Origin: Patescibacteria group bacterium
GTDB taxonomy: Bacteria; Patescibacteriota; Microgenomatia; UBA8517
Reading direction: 5' to 3'
NCBI GenBank assembly: GCA_035291665.1
Contig: DATDRP010000003.1
Location: 84,549 to 148,548 of the forward strand
Length of the DNA: 64,000 nt
Shown: positions 50,240 to 59,090 of the stretch, one piece after another
Numbering within the stretch: position 1 is the stretch's first letter
How the letters are laid out: each line of letters opens with the position of its first letter
Program-made: the position numbers and the translations under genes
Notes under the pieces: generated by a model
The model's database searches: none
What the model was told of the DNA's origin: nothing
Seen by the model: the letters and a program-made list of their open reading frames with translations, nothing else

Positions 50240-50770
50240 TTAAAACATCAAAATAAAAAGCAAAAGTGCGAATCCGACCGACAACAGGTATGCTTTGGTC
50301 TGATCGGAAGATAATTCCAAATTCATTTCGCTAAACCAATAGGAGAGATTTTTATTTTTCCTGAATTCCCAAATTTGTTCCAGGAGTAACTTCAAAGACG
50401 CAGCATAGACAAGCCCCTTACCAAATAAACTTCCGGATGAACTTACAACAAAGAATGTAAGAACTAAAAATATAACCTGGAAATAAGCCGTATGAAAAAT
50501 CAGTTTTTCAAACTGGGTTAAGTCTTTCGCAACATCTCCGATTTTCAGGAATTTTTTATTTTTGATAAGACTTTTTATCTCAAGCGATAACGAATTTTGC
50601 GGGCGAATTACGAAGGCATATAAAATATAATCTATATTCGGTAAATAAAACCCAAGAAGCGCTCCCAGCCATACCAAAACATAATTAAGGTTGTACCAGC
50701 GTTTCAAGACTGTAGCCAATCCGAAGATAATAATCAGCACCAACAATTGGTTTAGTTTCCTTCTTTCCAC
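50240..50770 (-). CDS. Polytopic membrane protein (176 aa), unknown
   Basis: Hydrophobic helices. Confidence 0.35.
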   Translation of the reverse strand: MERRKLNQLLVLIIIFGLATVLKRWYNLNYVLVWLGALLGFYLPNIDYILYAFVIRPQNSLSLEIKSLIKNKKFLKIGDVAKDLTQFEKLIFHTAYFQVIFLVLTFFVVSSSGSLFGKGLVYAASLKLLLEQIWEFRKNKNLSYWFSEMNLELSSDQTKAYLLSVGFALLLFILMF

Positions 50771-50819
50771 TCTACATTAAGATTAAACCAAACTCAGTCC
50801 AAAATCCATAGTTTTAAAA

Positions 50820-51230
50820 TTAATTTTTACGCGAAAAATATTTACTGAATGGCATTTTGTTAGACACAAATTCAAGATAACTCGGATCAAGTTCAAGTTT
50901 TGATACAAGCTCGTCATCGGGAATAAATCTGTATTTTTCTATTTCAAAAGTCAGGTCATCAGCAACAACTATACCTTCCGACATAAGCAACTTTTTTTGA
51001 TCATCTGCAGAGTAATAAGAGCCTTTGATGCTGATTCTGCCCAAAGTATTTACAACCCTCCACCAAGGAACTATTACACTTTTCTCGAGTTTATTAAGAA
51101 CCCAACCGACTTGTCTTCCTGCTCTTGGTAAACCCAAATAAAGTGCAACCTGTCCATAGCTAACTACTTTTCCCCGCGGAACTAGTCTGACAAACTTTAT
51201 CACACCCGCTTTGAACTTTGACATCTTCAT
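50820..51230 (-). CDS. Alkyltransferase-like protein (O6-alkylguanine-DNA alkyltransferase fold with Cys replaced by Trp: PWWRVV)
   Basis: VSYGQVALYLGLPRAGRQVGWVL...VPWWRVVN vs canonical PCHRVV. Confidence 0.65.
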   Translation of the reverse strand: MKMSKFKAGVIKFVRLVPRGKVVSYGQVALYLGLPRAGRQVGWVLNKLEKSVIVPWWRVVNTLGRISIKGSYYSADDQKKLLMSEGIVVADDLTFEIEKYRFIPDDELVSKLELDPSYLEFVSNKMPFSKYFSRKN

Positions 51231-51343
51231 ATCAGTAAGTTTATTACTTTATTTATTGAATCTTAATTCAAAAACTACGTCGTACTTCCTTTCTTATTAT
51301 TATTTCCATCTTTAAGCTGCTTAAGTCGCCACAGATGCGGAGT

Positions 51344-51697
51344 TCATTTTGAATTCCTGTGTGGTAACTTATTCACTTTGGATTCTTCTTTAAGTTGCTT
51401 AAGTCGCCACATAAACAGCTTTGGTTTGCTTTTTACCTGGTACGCATCGGATACGAAACTTTTCGCCCGTTCCAATAAAGTTCTGGGTGTATCCCTTGCA
51501 AGCTTAATATAAAGCGATCTATTATTAAGATCTCCAAGTTCCTTTGCTAATTCATACCCATACTTTTGGAATTCTCTTGAAACATATTTATCGCGTGAGA
51601 ATTCAAGAGGCAACCCCCCTTGCCCTTTCTCTTCTTTGGCAAGGTTTCCCAGAACGTCTCCTATTGTCGAAAAACCTTTCTTTTTATAAAAATCCAT
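51344..51697 (-). CDS. Hypothetical protein (117 aa); its last 8 codons are duplicated 79 bp downstream
   Basis: Direct repeats TCTTTAAGYTGCTTAAGTCGCCACA at 51308-51332 and 51387-51411. Confidence 0.35.
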   Translation of the reverse strand: MDFYKKKGFSTIGDVLGNLAKEEKGQGGLPLEFSRDKYVSREFQKYGYELAKELGDLNNRSLYIKLARDTPRTLLERAKSFVSDAYQVKSKPKLFMWRLKQLKEESKVNKLPHRNSK

Positions 51698-51723
51698 CTG
51701 TTAATTTTACTTTAAATAATACT

Positions 51724-51895
51724 ATGACATCCTCCCCGCTCTTGCTAGCGGGGTTTCCTCCAAAGGAGGATGACATATCAGAATTCAATTCCCTGCACCA
51801 TCCGGTGCAGGACCAAGTCCCATGCCGAATGGCATGGGGCATCCCCGATTGAATCGGAGTTTTCTTGAAGTCTGTTATAATTGAAAAAATTTATG
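51724..51895 (+). promoter_or_regulatory. TIR promoter-cassette element T3, ending TGTTATAAT-N12-ATG of the 51893 gene
   Basis: ATGACATCCTCC-[CCGCTCTTGCTAGCGG]-GGTTTCCTCCAAAGGAGGATGACAT-ATCAGAATTCAATTCC-[CTGCACCATCCGGTGCAG]...[CCCATGCCGAATGGCATGGG]...TCTGTTATAATTG. Confidence 0.6.
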
Positions 51896-52177
51896 GAAAC
51901 TCCGCCAAAGGGTCACCTCGAACAGGTAGTTCTCGAAATCAGAGAAAATACTGCAGCACAACTTGCCAAAGGCGGCAGTCTTATGGTCCAAATTAACGAT
52001 TCCAAAACAGTAATCTTCAAACTACCGGATACGAATAATAAAAGCAACAAAATATCGTTCGAACCCCTTGTAAGTTTATTGAGGGAAAATCCAAATTCCC
52101 AAGTAAAATTTATTATCCTGAATTCAAATCATCAAATCGCGTCTGTTTACAAAGGGCATACAAAAAGTCAAATGTAG
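51893..52177 (+). CDS. Hypothetical protein (~95 aa; ORF-track start at 51881 is a TTG, ATG at 51893 preferred)
   Basis: ORF. Confidence 0.35.
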   Translation: METPPKGHLEQVVLEIRENTAAQLAKGGSLMVQINDSKTVIFKLPDTNNKSNKISFEPLVSLLRENPNSQVKFIILNSNHQIASVYKGHTKSQM

Positions 52178-52195
52178 CTGGAGCCTTAAAACCAC

Positions 52196-52438
52196 TTACT
52201 TCACATCCACAACATGTCGGCTTACTTTTCGATACCTTATTACCCCTATCAAAAATAAAATGATTCCTGCAACAGCAAAAAATAATCCTATAATGATATA
52301 TGAAGGCTGTTGAAAAAATTTAACGAAACTTACACCGGCAACAAACAATGTTAAAGCTGTTCTGATATAGGAAAGTAGTGTTCTCTCCTTGGCAAGTTGA
52401 GTTCTATGCTGGGCAAGATGTCTGTTGGTAATTTTCAT
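52196..52438 (-). CDS. DUF202 (YidH)-family small membrane protein
   Basis: HRTQLAKERTLLSYIRTALTL motif, then two TM helices. Confidence 0.55.
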   Translation of the reverse strand: MKITNRHLAQHRTQLAKERTLLSYIRTALTLFVAGVSFVKFFQQPSYIIIGLFFAVAGIILFLIGVIRYRKVSRHVVDVK

Positions 52439-52444
52439 AATAGT

Positions 52445-53053
52445 TTAAAGTGAAAGGGATTTTAACATTTCAACAACAACTTTTTCTATCGTTTCGTTTA
52501 GAACCCCCAACTCATCTTCATTGAAATTCTGCAGTACATAATCTTCTCCCCGTGGTACCCGTGGTGCTTTCTCTTCTTGTGATACTTTCCTATTATCTAT
52601 TCCTATCCTCACTCTCCAAAAATCATTCGTCCCGAGTTTCTCTTCAATAGATTGCACACCGTAATGAAGTTTGGGTCCGACACCAAACTGAATCTTATAT
52701 TCGCCAAGAGCAATATCCAAATCATCATGAATCACGTACAAATCCGTATTTTGAATTTTGTAGAAAGTGTAAAGCGACGCTACCGCCATACCCGACTCGT
52801 TCATAAACGTCTGCGGTTTGGCAAGTAAAACGTCTCCTATTCGTAAAATCTCGGCATTAAATTTCTTCTCAATTTTAAAATCGGTATTCTGAATTTGATT
52901 GCCCTGCAGAGCAGGGTCACGCTTTGCATGAGAAATTAGAAATTTGGATTCAGAAATTGCCCGTTTAAGATTATCTAAAACGAGCCATCCCACATTATGG
53001 CGGGTATTGGCATACTTTTCACCTGGGTTACCGAGTCCAATTATTAGTTTCAT
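52445..53053 (-). CDS. pth: Peptidyl-tRNA hydrolase
   Basis: MKLIIGLGNPGEKYANTRHNVGW. Confidence 0.9.
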   Translation of the reverse strand: MKLIIGLGNPGEKYANTRHNVGWLVLDNLKRAISESKFLISHAKRDPALQGNQIQNTDFKIEKKFNAEILRIGDVLLAKPQTFMNESGMAVASLYTFYKIQNTDLYVIHDDLDIALGEYKIQFGVGPKLHYGVQSIEEKLGTNDFWRVRIGIDNRKVSQEEKAPRVPRGEDYVLQNFNEDELGVLNETIEKVVVEMLKSLSL

Positions 53054-53122
53054 AGCTCAATTCTACCACGTCGAAATTGACAAAGAAGAAGTTGATAAAG
53101 TAGAATATCCCATAATTGAAAA

Positions 53123-53353
53123 ATGGCTGAATTATTGATAATAAAACACGTTACTCCAGATGGAAAAGAAGAAGGAATAGATATTTGGAAGGCAGATGAG
53201 CACGGATCGGCTAACCTAACAGGCCTTGATAGAGTAGTTGGTACAGGATCAGATATGACCGATCGGGCAATCCTACGAGCTGCAAGAGTCAATGGTGTAA
53301 AACCCAACGAAATTAAAGAAAAACTTCTCAGCGGGGAAATCGTAAAGTTTTAA
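53123..53353 (+). CDS. Hypothetical 76-aa protein
   Basis: ORF only. Confidence 0.3.
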   Translation: MAELLIIKHVTPDGKEEGIDIWKADEHGSANLTGLDRVVGTGSDMTDRAILRAARVNGVKPNEIKEKLLSGEIVKF

Positions 53354-53548
53354 TATTTTCAGGTCTTTCGGTTTTTAAGTTTTACAAAACGCATCATAAC
53401 CACCCGCACTCACCTGCTAGGTGAATTAAGTTTGCACCTGAGAATTTTGATCAACACCTACCAATTCTTTAATAAATCCACCAAATCAAAAACTTTCAAC
53501 TATTAACAAGTTGGCACCGCATATACATCTTAAGCTTGTTAAAAACTT

Positions 53549-54202
53549 TTACTTACCCTCCCCCACAAACGGCACAAAATAAAATGTCCCGAATGTCTCT
53601 TTTTTATATCGTGCTTGCCCGCTGAAGCCTCGGCGAAAGCGGGTCATTACCGTTTCTGCTCCTTCCCCTACCGGTGCAACTAATACTCCTCCAACTTTCA
53701 ACTGGTCAAACAAATCCATCGGAACTTCTTTAACCCCCGCAGTTATTAATATTGCATCGTAAGGAGCGTGTTCAATCCATCCGTGTTCACCGCTTCCCGC
53801 TTTTACAAATACATTCTTGTATCCCAACCTTGCAAGGCGGGAACCTGCAGTGAGTGAAAGTTCGGGCACGATCTCAATCGTGTAGACTTCACCAAAAAAG
53901 TAAGACAGTATCGCTGCTTGATACCCCGAACCGGTTCCGATCTCAAGAACACTTTTTGCTTTTAGCTTTTCGCTTTTAGCTATCAGCAGGTTTGTCATCC
54001 TTGCGACAGTAAAGGGTTGGCTCATCGTCTGGCCAAATCCGATATTAACAGGTGCATCATCATAAGAGATTTCTTGATATTTTCTCGGAGCAAACTTATG
54101 CCGAGGAACCATACTCATCATCTGAAGAACTTTTTCATCGCCAAATTTATACTGCTCACGTATCAACTTCACCATCTCCACACGTTTCTCACTAAAGTTC
54201 AT
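53549..54202 (-). CDS. pcm: Protein-L-isoaspartate O-methyltransferase
   Basis: VLEIGTGSGYQAAIL SAM motif; ...ITAG...VAPVG. Confidence 0.85.
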   Translation of the reverse strand: MNFSEKRVEMVKLIREQYKFGDEKVLQMMSMVPRHKFAPRKYQEISYDDAPVNIGFGQTMSQPFTVARMTNLLIAKSEKLKAKSVLEIGTGSGYQAAILSYFFGEVYTIEIVPELSLTAGSRLARLGYKNVFVKAGSGEHGWIEHAPYDAILITAGVKEVPMDLFDQLKVGGVLVAPVGEGAETVMTRFRRGFSGQARYKKETFGTFYFVPFVGEGK

Positions 54203-54260
54203 ATAACACTGATCTACAAATTGGGACGAATAATATCGATACCTACAACTTTTGGATCTT

Positions 54261-54599
54261 TCAAATTTTCTTTACAAACTTTCTTGCGTATCCTCCAAGT
54301 ACCGGATATTCAAATTCCTCACCTTTCCAAGCTTTATAAATCAAAATCAACCATGAAACAAAAGACAATACACCCAGAAGCCCGGACAGCGGCGCTAAAA
54401 TTATTGTAACTGCCAAAATCCAACCCAGTATAAAATAAAATCCAAAAACGACAATTGACTGCATCGCATGGAAGCGCACGAAGGAATTTTTCTCAAGCAA
54501 CAAAAAGGCTACACCTGTTATTGGGCCCAATAAATAAGTTAATCCTCCTGCAGTATTTTTCGGTAATCCTGTAACCAACTTCTCTTCTTTTTCAGGCAT
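54261..54599 (-). CDS. Small membrane protein (DUF4870-like), SD GAGGGGTGGTGA
   Basis: Two TM helices. Confidence 0.45.
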   Translation of the reverse strand: MPEKEEKLVTGLPKNTAGGLTYLLGPITGVAFLLLEKNSFVRFHAMQSIVVFGFYFILGWILAVTIILAPLSGLLGVLSFVSWLILIYKAWKGEEFEYPVLGGYARKFVKKI

Positions 54600-54702
54600 A
54601 AATTATCACCACCCCTCGCCCGCCGATCAATTTTGGCACGAGGCGTGTATGAATAATACTGAAAAACCAAGTGCGAAAATAAGGCGGGTTCGCTCTTCTA
54701 CT

Positions 54703-55668
54703 CTATAGTAATTCTATCAGAAAAAATACAATGTACACTCCAAGAAGAATCCCCGCTTCCCATCTGTCCAATCTCTTTTTTGTTCTTATAAAATAAGAAA
54801 AAAGAAGATAAACAAAAATAAACGTAAACCCGGGAATAATATACCTCATAGGTATTAATGATTTAACCGGATTAATTAATACCGATAAGCCAACTATCAA
54901 TGTAGTATTAGCAGCAATTGACCCCAAAAGATTCCCGATAAACATTTCCGGTTCTTTGTCTTTCAATGATTCCAGAGAAAACGCAAATTCGGGTAAGGAT
55001 GTTCCTATTGCAAGGATAAATAGTCCGATTACGAAAATGGGTATGTTATTTTTTTCGGCTAATAGAGATGAAAACTTTACAATCGTGTCAGCTGAAAAAA
55101 GCATCAGAGTGATCCCGATTGTTACAGCTGCCAGATTTTTCCATTTCTCTTCGGCAAAATGTTCAACTTTTTTTATTAATTTAGTGAAGGTTAAGCCTTT
55201 TTGGTGCTCTTCTAAAGCTCTTTGATGATAATGTCTGAAAAAATTTAGAATGTAAAATATATATACCGAAATTAAAATAACACCGTCTATTCTGGATAAA
55301 TTTCCATCTACCAATAATATATAGGGTATTATTCCGCAAATAAAACCCATTCCGATCATTTTATGGGTTAAAGACTGGGAAATTACCACTCTTCCCGAAA
55401 TTAAAGCAGCCCCTGCTCCTATTAAGGCAATATTTGCAATATTGGATCCGAGTGTTACTCCCAAAGAAAGTCCCGGCTTCCCTTCAACGGCAGAGGTTAT
55501 ACCCACAATTAGTTCCGGAAGTGATGTTCCGATGGCAATAAGAACTGCAGAAAGCCCGACTAATCCAGTAGTCCCGGCTATCTTCTTAAGGGCGATAACC
55601 GCCATATCTGCAGATTTTATTAAGACTATAGAAAAAATAATTATTGATGCTGTTAATAAGTACGTCAT
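54703..55668 (-). CDS. Ca2+/cation antiporter-family (CaCA, YrbG-like) Na+/Ca2+ exchanger
   Basis: Two alpha-repeats GTSLPELIVGITSA / GNLLGSIAANTTLIVG. Confidence 0.8.
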   Translation of the reverse strand: MTYLLTASIIIFSIVLIKSADMAVIALKKIAGTTGLVGLSAVLIAIGTSLPELIVGITSAVEGKPGLSLGVTLGSNIANIALIGAGAALISGRVVISQSLTHKMIGMGFICGIIPYILLVDGNLSRIDGVILISVYIFYILNFFRHYHQRALEEHQKGLTFTKLIKKVEHFAEEKWKNLAAVTIGITLMLFSADTIVKFSSLLAEKNNIPIFVIGLFILAIGTSLPEFAFSLESLKDKEPEMFIGNLLGSIAANTTLIVGLSVLINPVKSLIPMRYIIPGFTFIFVYLLFSYFIRTKKRLDRWEAGILLGVYIVFFLIELL

Positions 55669-55801
55669 AACAATTTCAAGGAAACCCCGCCCAGGGCGGG
55701 GAGGTCTCCGACTCAGAGAGTCTCTGACTCGGAGAGATTTGAATTTGATATGTCATCCTCCCTCACGGGAAACCACGGACTTTAGTCCGTGGAGGATGTC
55801 A
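55666..55801 (-). promoter_or_regulatory. TIR promoter-cassette element T4; ends exactly at the ATG of the exchanger gene (GTTTCCTTGAAATTGTT-ATG)
   Basis: Reverse complement ATGACATCCTCC-[ACGGACTAAAGTCCGT]-GGTTTCCCGTGAGGGAGGATGACAT-ATCAAATTCAAATCTCTCCGAGTCAGAGACTCTCTGAGTCGG...CCCCGCCCTGGGCGGGGTTTCCTTGAAATTGTTATG. Confidence 0.6.
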
Positions 55802-55844
55802 TAATAATTACCCTTTAATGCTACCATAATAATTTTTAACAATT

Positions 55845-57599
55845 CTACTTATTCTGAAGCTTAAAAAGAGTCTTTATTTCGGAGAGTGTTGTAGCTTCGT
55901 TTACCCCCTTGTCAGCTCTGAATTTCACCAACCTCGGAAACCGAAGTGCATATCCGCTCGTATGAATTGGGCTTTCAGTCAGATCGTCACCTGCAAGTTC
56001 GACTACAAATTTAGGATTAACCCAAAAGTCAGGTGTGTAGTTTTTATGAATTTCATACTCTTTTGGCATTTCTTTAACAATTTCTTTTTCCAAAAGTTTT
56101 TTATAACTTCTGAATTCTACATCCGAAAGGCCCGTTCCAATCTTAGTCAATGTTAAAATCTTACGCCCACTCTTACTCTTACCGTTAGTGTTACTTATTA
56201 CTCCCACCAAAAACTGCCCAAGACCAAAAGATGCCCTTTTTCCCTTACCTACGGTATATCCCATCACAATACAGTCAACCGTATCGGATAACTTCCCCTC
56301 TGATGCCTCCTCCTGCTTCATTTTTACCCAGCGCCAGCCCGTTCTTCCGGGAACGTAGTTGGCGTCATATTTTTTAACGATAACTCCCTCAAGTCCGAGT
56401 TTTATATTCTTCCGATACTCTCGATTAATTACTTCAGGTTCTTGAGTCAGAAGTGTCTCATCAAGAACAAGTAACTTATTTCCTTTCCTTACAATCTTTT
56501 CCAAAACCTTCCGTCTTTCAAAATAAGGCTTATCCATAAAACTTACCCCATCACAAGAAATTACATCAAATACCTGAAAACTCAATGGAATTGCTTTTGC
56601 AGTTAAGTCAATCTGATGCACTCGCCGTCTTTTCATTGTCGTTTGAAAATCCAGTAGACGCTTCATTTCCGGATCCATCCCAACCGCTTCGGAATCCAGT
56701 ATCGCTTCATCACAATTTAAGATCTCACCGATCCTCTGAAGTTCCGGAAACATTTCTGTAACGTCATTCGAGTTTCTTGTAAATGCTTTAATAAATTTCC
56801 CCCGCTTGAAATGAACCAAAACCCGAAGGCCATCAAATTTCGGTTCAACAAAAACCTTTCCCATTTTCTTAATCATTTCAGCGGGACTTTTCAATCTTTG
56901 CGCAAGCATCGGAAGCACTGGTATTCCAACTATCGGTTTAACATTCTTAACCGTCCTTTCAATTCCTTTTTCCTTTACACTTCGTGCAAGTATTCCAACA
57001 TCGGGTAAGATCACATATGCTTCCTCGATTGTCTTACTCTTACTCTTACCCCCTGTTTCCATCCAGGAAAGTGCGTCAAGAATTGTCTTATCTGAAAATC
57101 CCAACCTCAACTTACCAACCGGAATTCTTGCAATAAACCTTGCGCTCAAAGGATCAACTCTTTCTAAAAGTTCTGCCATTTGACCGATTTTTCTTTCGAC
57201 ACTTTTCTCTCCCTCATCCCGGGCAATTTCCAATAGGTTTTCATATATTGTTAAAACATTTAAACCCGTCTTACTCTTACTCTTACTTAAACTCTCCGCT
57301 ACTATTCCCAAATCTCCTTTCTCCTTATATTCTCGTGTCACGTCCTTTGAATCCCGTCCATAAGCTTTCGCAATTGCCTGAAGCATCATTTTTTCTGCTA
57401 AATTGAAGACAACACTTTTATAATTTGGAGCTAAAATTCCAAGAGAAAGATAACAAATTTTATCAATTTCATCAAGCGTTGCTTTTTTATACAAATCGGA
57501 TAAAATTTCTGTTATTTTCAAACGCGATGAAGTCTCTTCCAGTTTTTTCAGGTATTCTGCAAATTCGGAGAAAGTCATATTCCACCACGAATTATACAA
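55845..57599 (-). CDS. lig: ATP-dependent DNA ligase (584 aa) carrying three in-frame (GTAAGA)3 microsatellites encoding KSKSK(T)
   Basis: EPKFDGLRV (KxDG); repeats tcttactcttactcttac at 57031-57050, 57270-57287, 56170-56183. Confidence 0.85.
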   Translation of the reverse strand: MYNSWWNMTFSEFAEYLKKLEETSSRLKITEILSDLYKKATLDEIDKICYLSLGILAPNYKSVVFNLAEKMMLQAIAKAYGRDSKDVTREYKEKGDLGIVAESLSKSKSKTGLNVLTIYENLLEIARDEGEKSVERKIGQMAELLERVDPLSARFIARIPVGKLRLGFSDKTILDALSWMETGGKSKSKTIEEAYVILPDVGILARSVKEKGIERTVKNVKPIVGIPVLPMLAQRLKSPAEMIKKMGKVFVEPKFDGLRVLVHFKRGKFIKAFTRNSNDVTEMFPELQRIGEILNCDEAILDSEAVGMDPEMKRLLDFQTTMKRRRVHQIDLTAKAIPLSFQVFDVISCDGVSFMDKPYFERRKVLEKIVRKGNKLLVLDETLLTQEPEVINREYRKNIKLGLEGVIVKKYDANYVPGRTGWRWVKMKQEEASEGKLSDTVDCIVMGYTVGKGKRASFGLGQFLVGVISNTNGKSKSGRKILTLTKIGTGLSDVEFRSYKKLLEKEIVKEMPKEYEIHKNYTPDFWVNPKFVVELAGDDLTESPIHTSGYALRFPRLVKFRADKGVNEATTLSEIKTLFKLQNK

Positions 57600-57626
57600 A
57601 ATTTAATACCAATCTACTAATGAATG

Positions 57627-57869
57627 TCATTTGATGGAGCCGATGAGATAGGTTGAAAAAAACAGGTAACCTAAAACAACAATTGCCAGAAATGTAATTC
57701 CGAAAATAAGACTTATCAGCCCGTGCTCATGGTTGTGAATTAATTTATTGGTTCCATCCCCTATCAAAACCATCCCGAAAAGAGCGGGTAATACTAAAAT
57801 TAAATAAATAAATTGCGGATCATTCGGATTCATAATACAAGCTTGAAAGTAACAAGTGACAAGTAACAC
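57627..57869 (-). CDS. Small two-helix membrane protein (80 aa)
   Basis: Hydrophobic helices. Confidence 0.35.
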   Translation of the reverse strand: MLLVTCYFQACIMNPNDPQFIYLILVLPALFGMVLIGDGTNKLIHNHEHGLISLIFGITFLAIVVLGYLFFSTYLIGSIK

Positions 57870-57903
57870 GTTCTTTCTTTTGCAACTTGTTGCCTTTTAC
57901 ATG

Positions 57904-58971
57904 TTACTTATTACTGGCCATCACATATCTTGCTGCTTTGGTTCGGCCTTCTTTCTTTATTATTTTCTTTTCGATCAAATAATTCAAATCGCGAAGGACT
58001 GTATCTTCGGAAACCATTGGGAGAACATCTTTCAGATTTTGCATTGCAGCGTATCCCTTCTCCCCCATATATTCTATCAACTTCATCTGTCTTTCGGTGA
58101 GAGCAACTTGCATCCCGATTACCCCTTTCAATCTTGTATCGATTGACAGTTTTCTGATCTTTTCTTTTATTTTTGAAAGTTCAATCGCAACCACCCCGGT
58201 AAAATATTCAAGCCAGGATGTTACGTCTTTTTCAAAAATATCGCCTTCTTTGGAATCCGTATTTGAAAATGCTTCATAATAATCCCCCGGATTTTCATCA
58301 AAATGTTCTTCCAATGCAAAAAACTTTTTAATGTCATAGCTTTCCCGTAAAAGTATCAAGGTGGAAAAAGCTCTGATAGTCCTGCCGTTTCCTTCAACAA
58401 AAGGATGGATGGAAACCAAAATATAATGCGCGATACCTGCCTTAATTATTGGATGGATTTCCTGCGATTGAGGGTCATTAAGCCAATCGATAAAATCTTC
58501 CAGAAGGTATGGGACTTTCTCGTATGATGGCGGACGGAAAACAACTTCCCCGCTGCCTTCTTCCTTTAAAACTACCTGAGTCTTTCTGATGACGCCAACT
58601 TTTTCTTCAGGAACAACGCGTCTGACTGTTTCCCGATGAATCTCCGTAAGCATGTTAATGTCGTATCCGCCCCTTTTCACTGAAAGTTCATCCAAAAGTC
58701 CTACTACATTACGATAATTTATGACTTCCTGGATATCCCGTTCCTTAGCAAATATCTCAATTCCTTCCAGAACTTGTTTTGTCTGATCGATATTCAAGTC
58801 ATTTCCCTCGATATGGGTCCCGTGATGAACAGTTCGAAGCATCGCGTCACTTTTGAATCTTTTTTCGTACATCGGAACCAAAGGTGCGTTTTCAATTACC
58901 TCTTTGGCGGCCTCAATGGCACCGATGTTTTTCAGAATCTTATTTGTAATTACGAATTTTGGAATATACAT
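57904..58971 (-). CDS. Fic/Doc-family protein (AMPylation-type) with C-terminal winged-helix
   Basis: HPFVEGNGRTIR matches HPFx[DE]GNGR. Confidence 0.85.
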   Translation of the reverse strand: MYIPKFVITNKILKNIGAIEAAKEVIENAPLVPMYEKRFKSDAMLRTVHHGTHIEGNDLNIDQTKQVLEGIEIFAKERDIQEVINYRNVVGLLDELSVKRGGYDINMLTEIHRETVRRVVPEEKVGVIRKTQVVLKEEGSGEVVFRPPSYEKVPYLLEDFIDWLNDPQSQEIHPIIKAGIAHYILVSIHPFVEGNGRTIRAFSTLILLRESYDIKKFFALEEHFDENPGDYYEAFSNTDSKEGDIFEKDVTSWLEYFTGVVAIELSKIKEKIRKLSIDTRLKGVIGMQVALTERQMKLIEYMGEKGYAAMQNLKDVLPMVSEDTVLRDLNYLIEKKIIKKEGRTKAARYVMASNK

Positions 58972-59090
58972 AATATAAAGGGTAAGTATAAGTTTAAGTT
59001 GAAGGATAAATACATGGTGTTACGATCTTAAACCTGGACTTACTTATTATTGATATATTACGCATTTCCTGCGGAAAATACAAGATGTCT

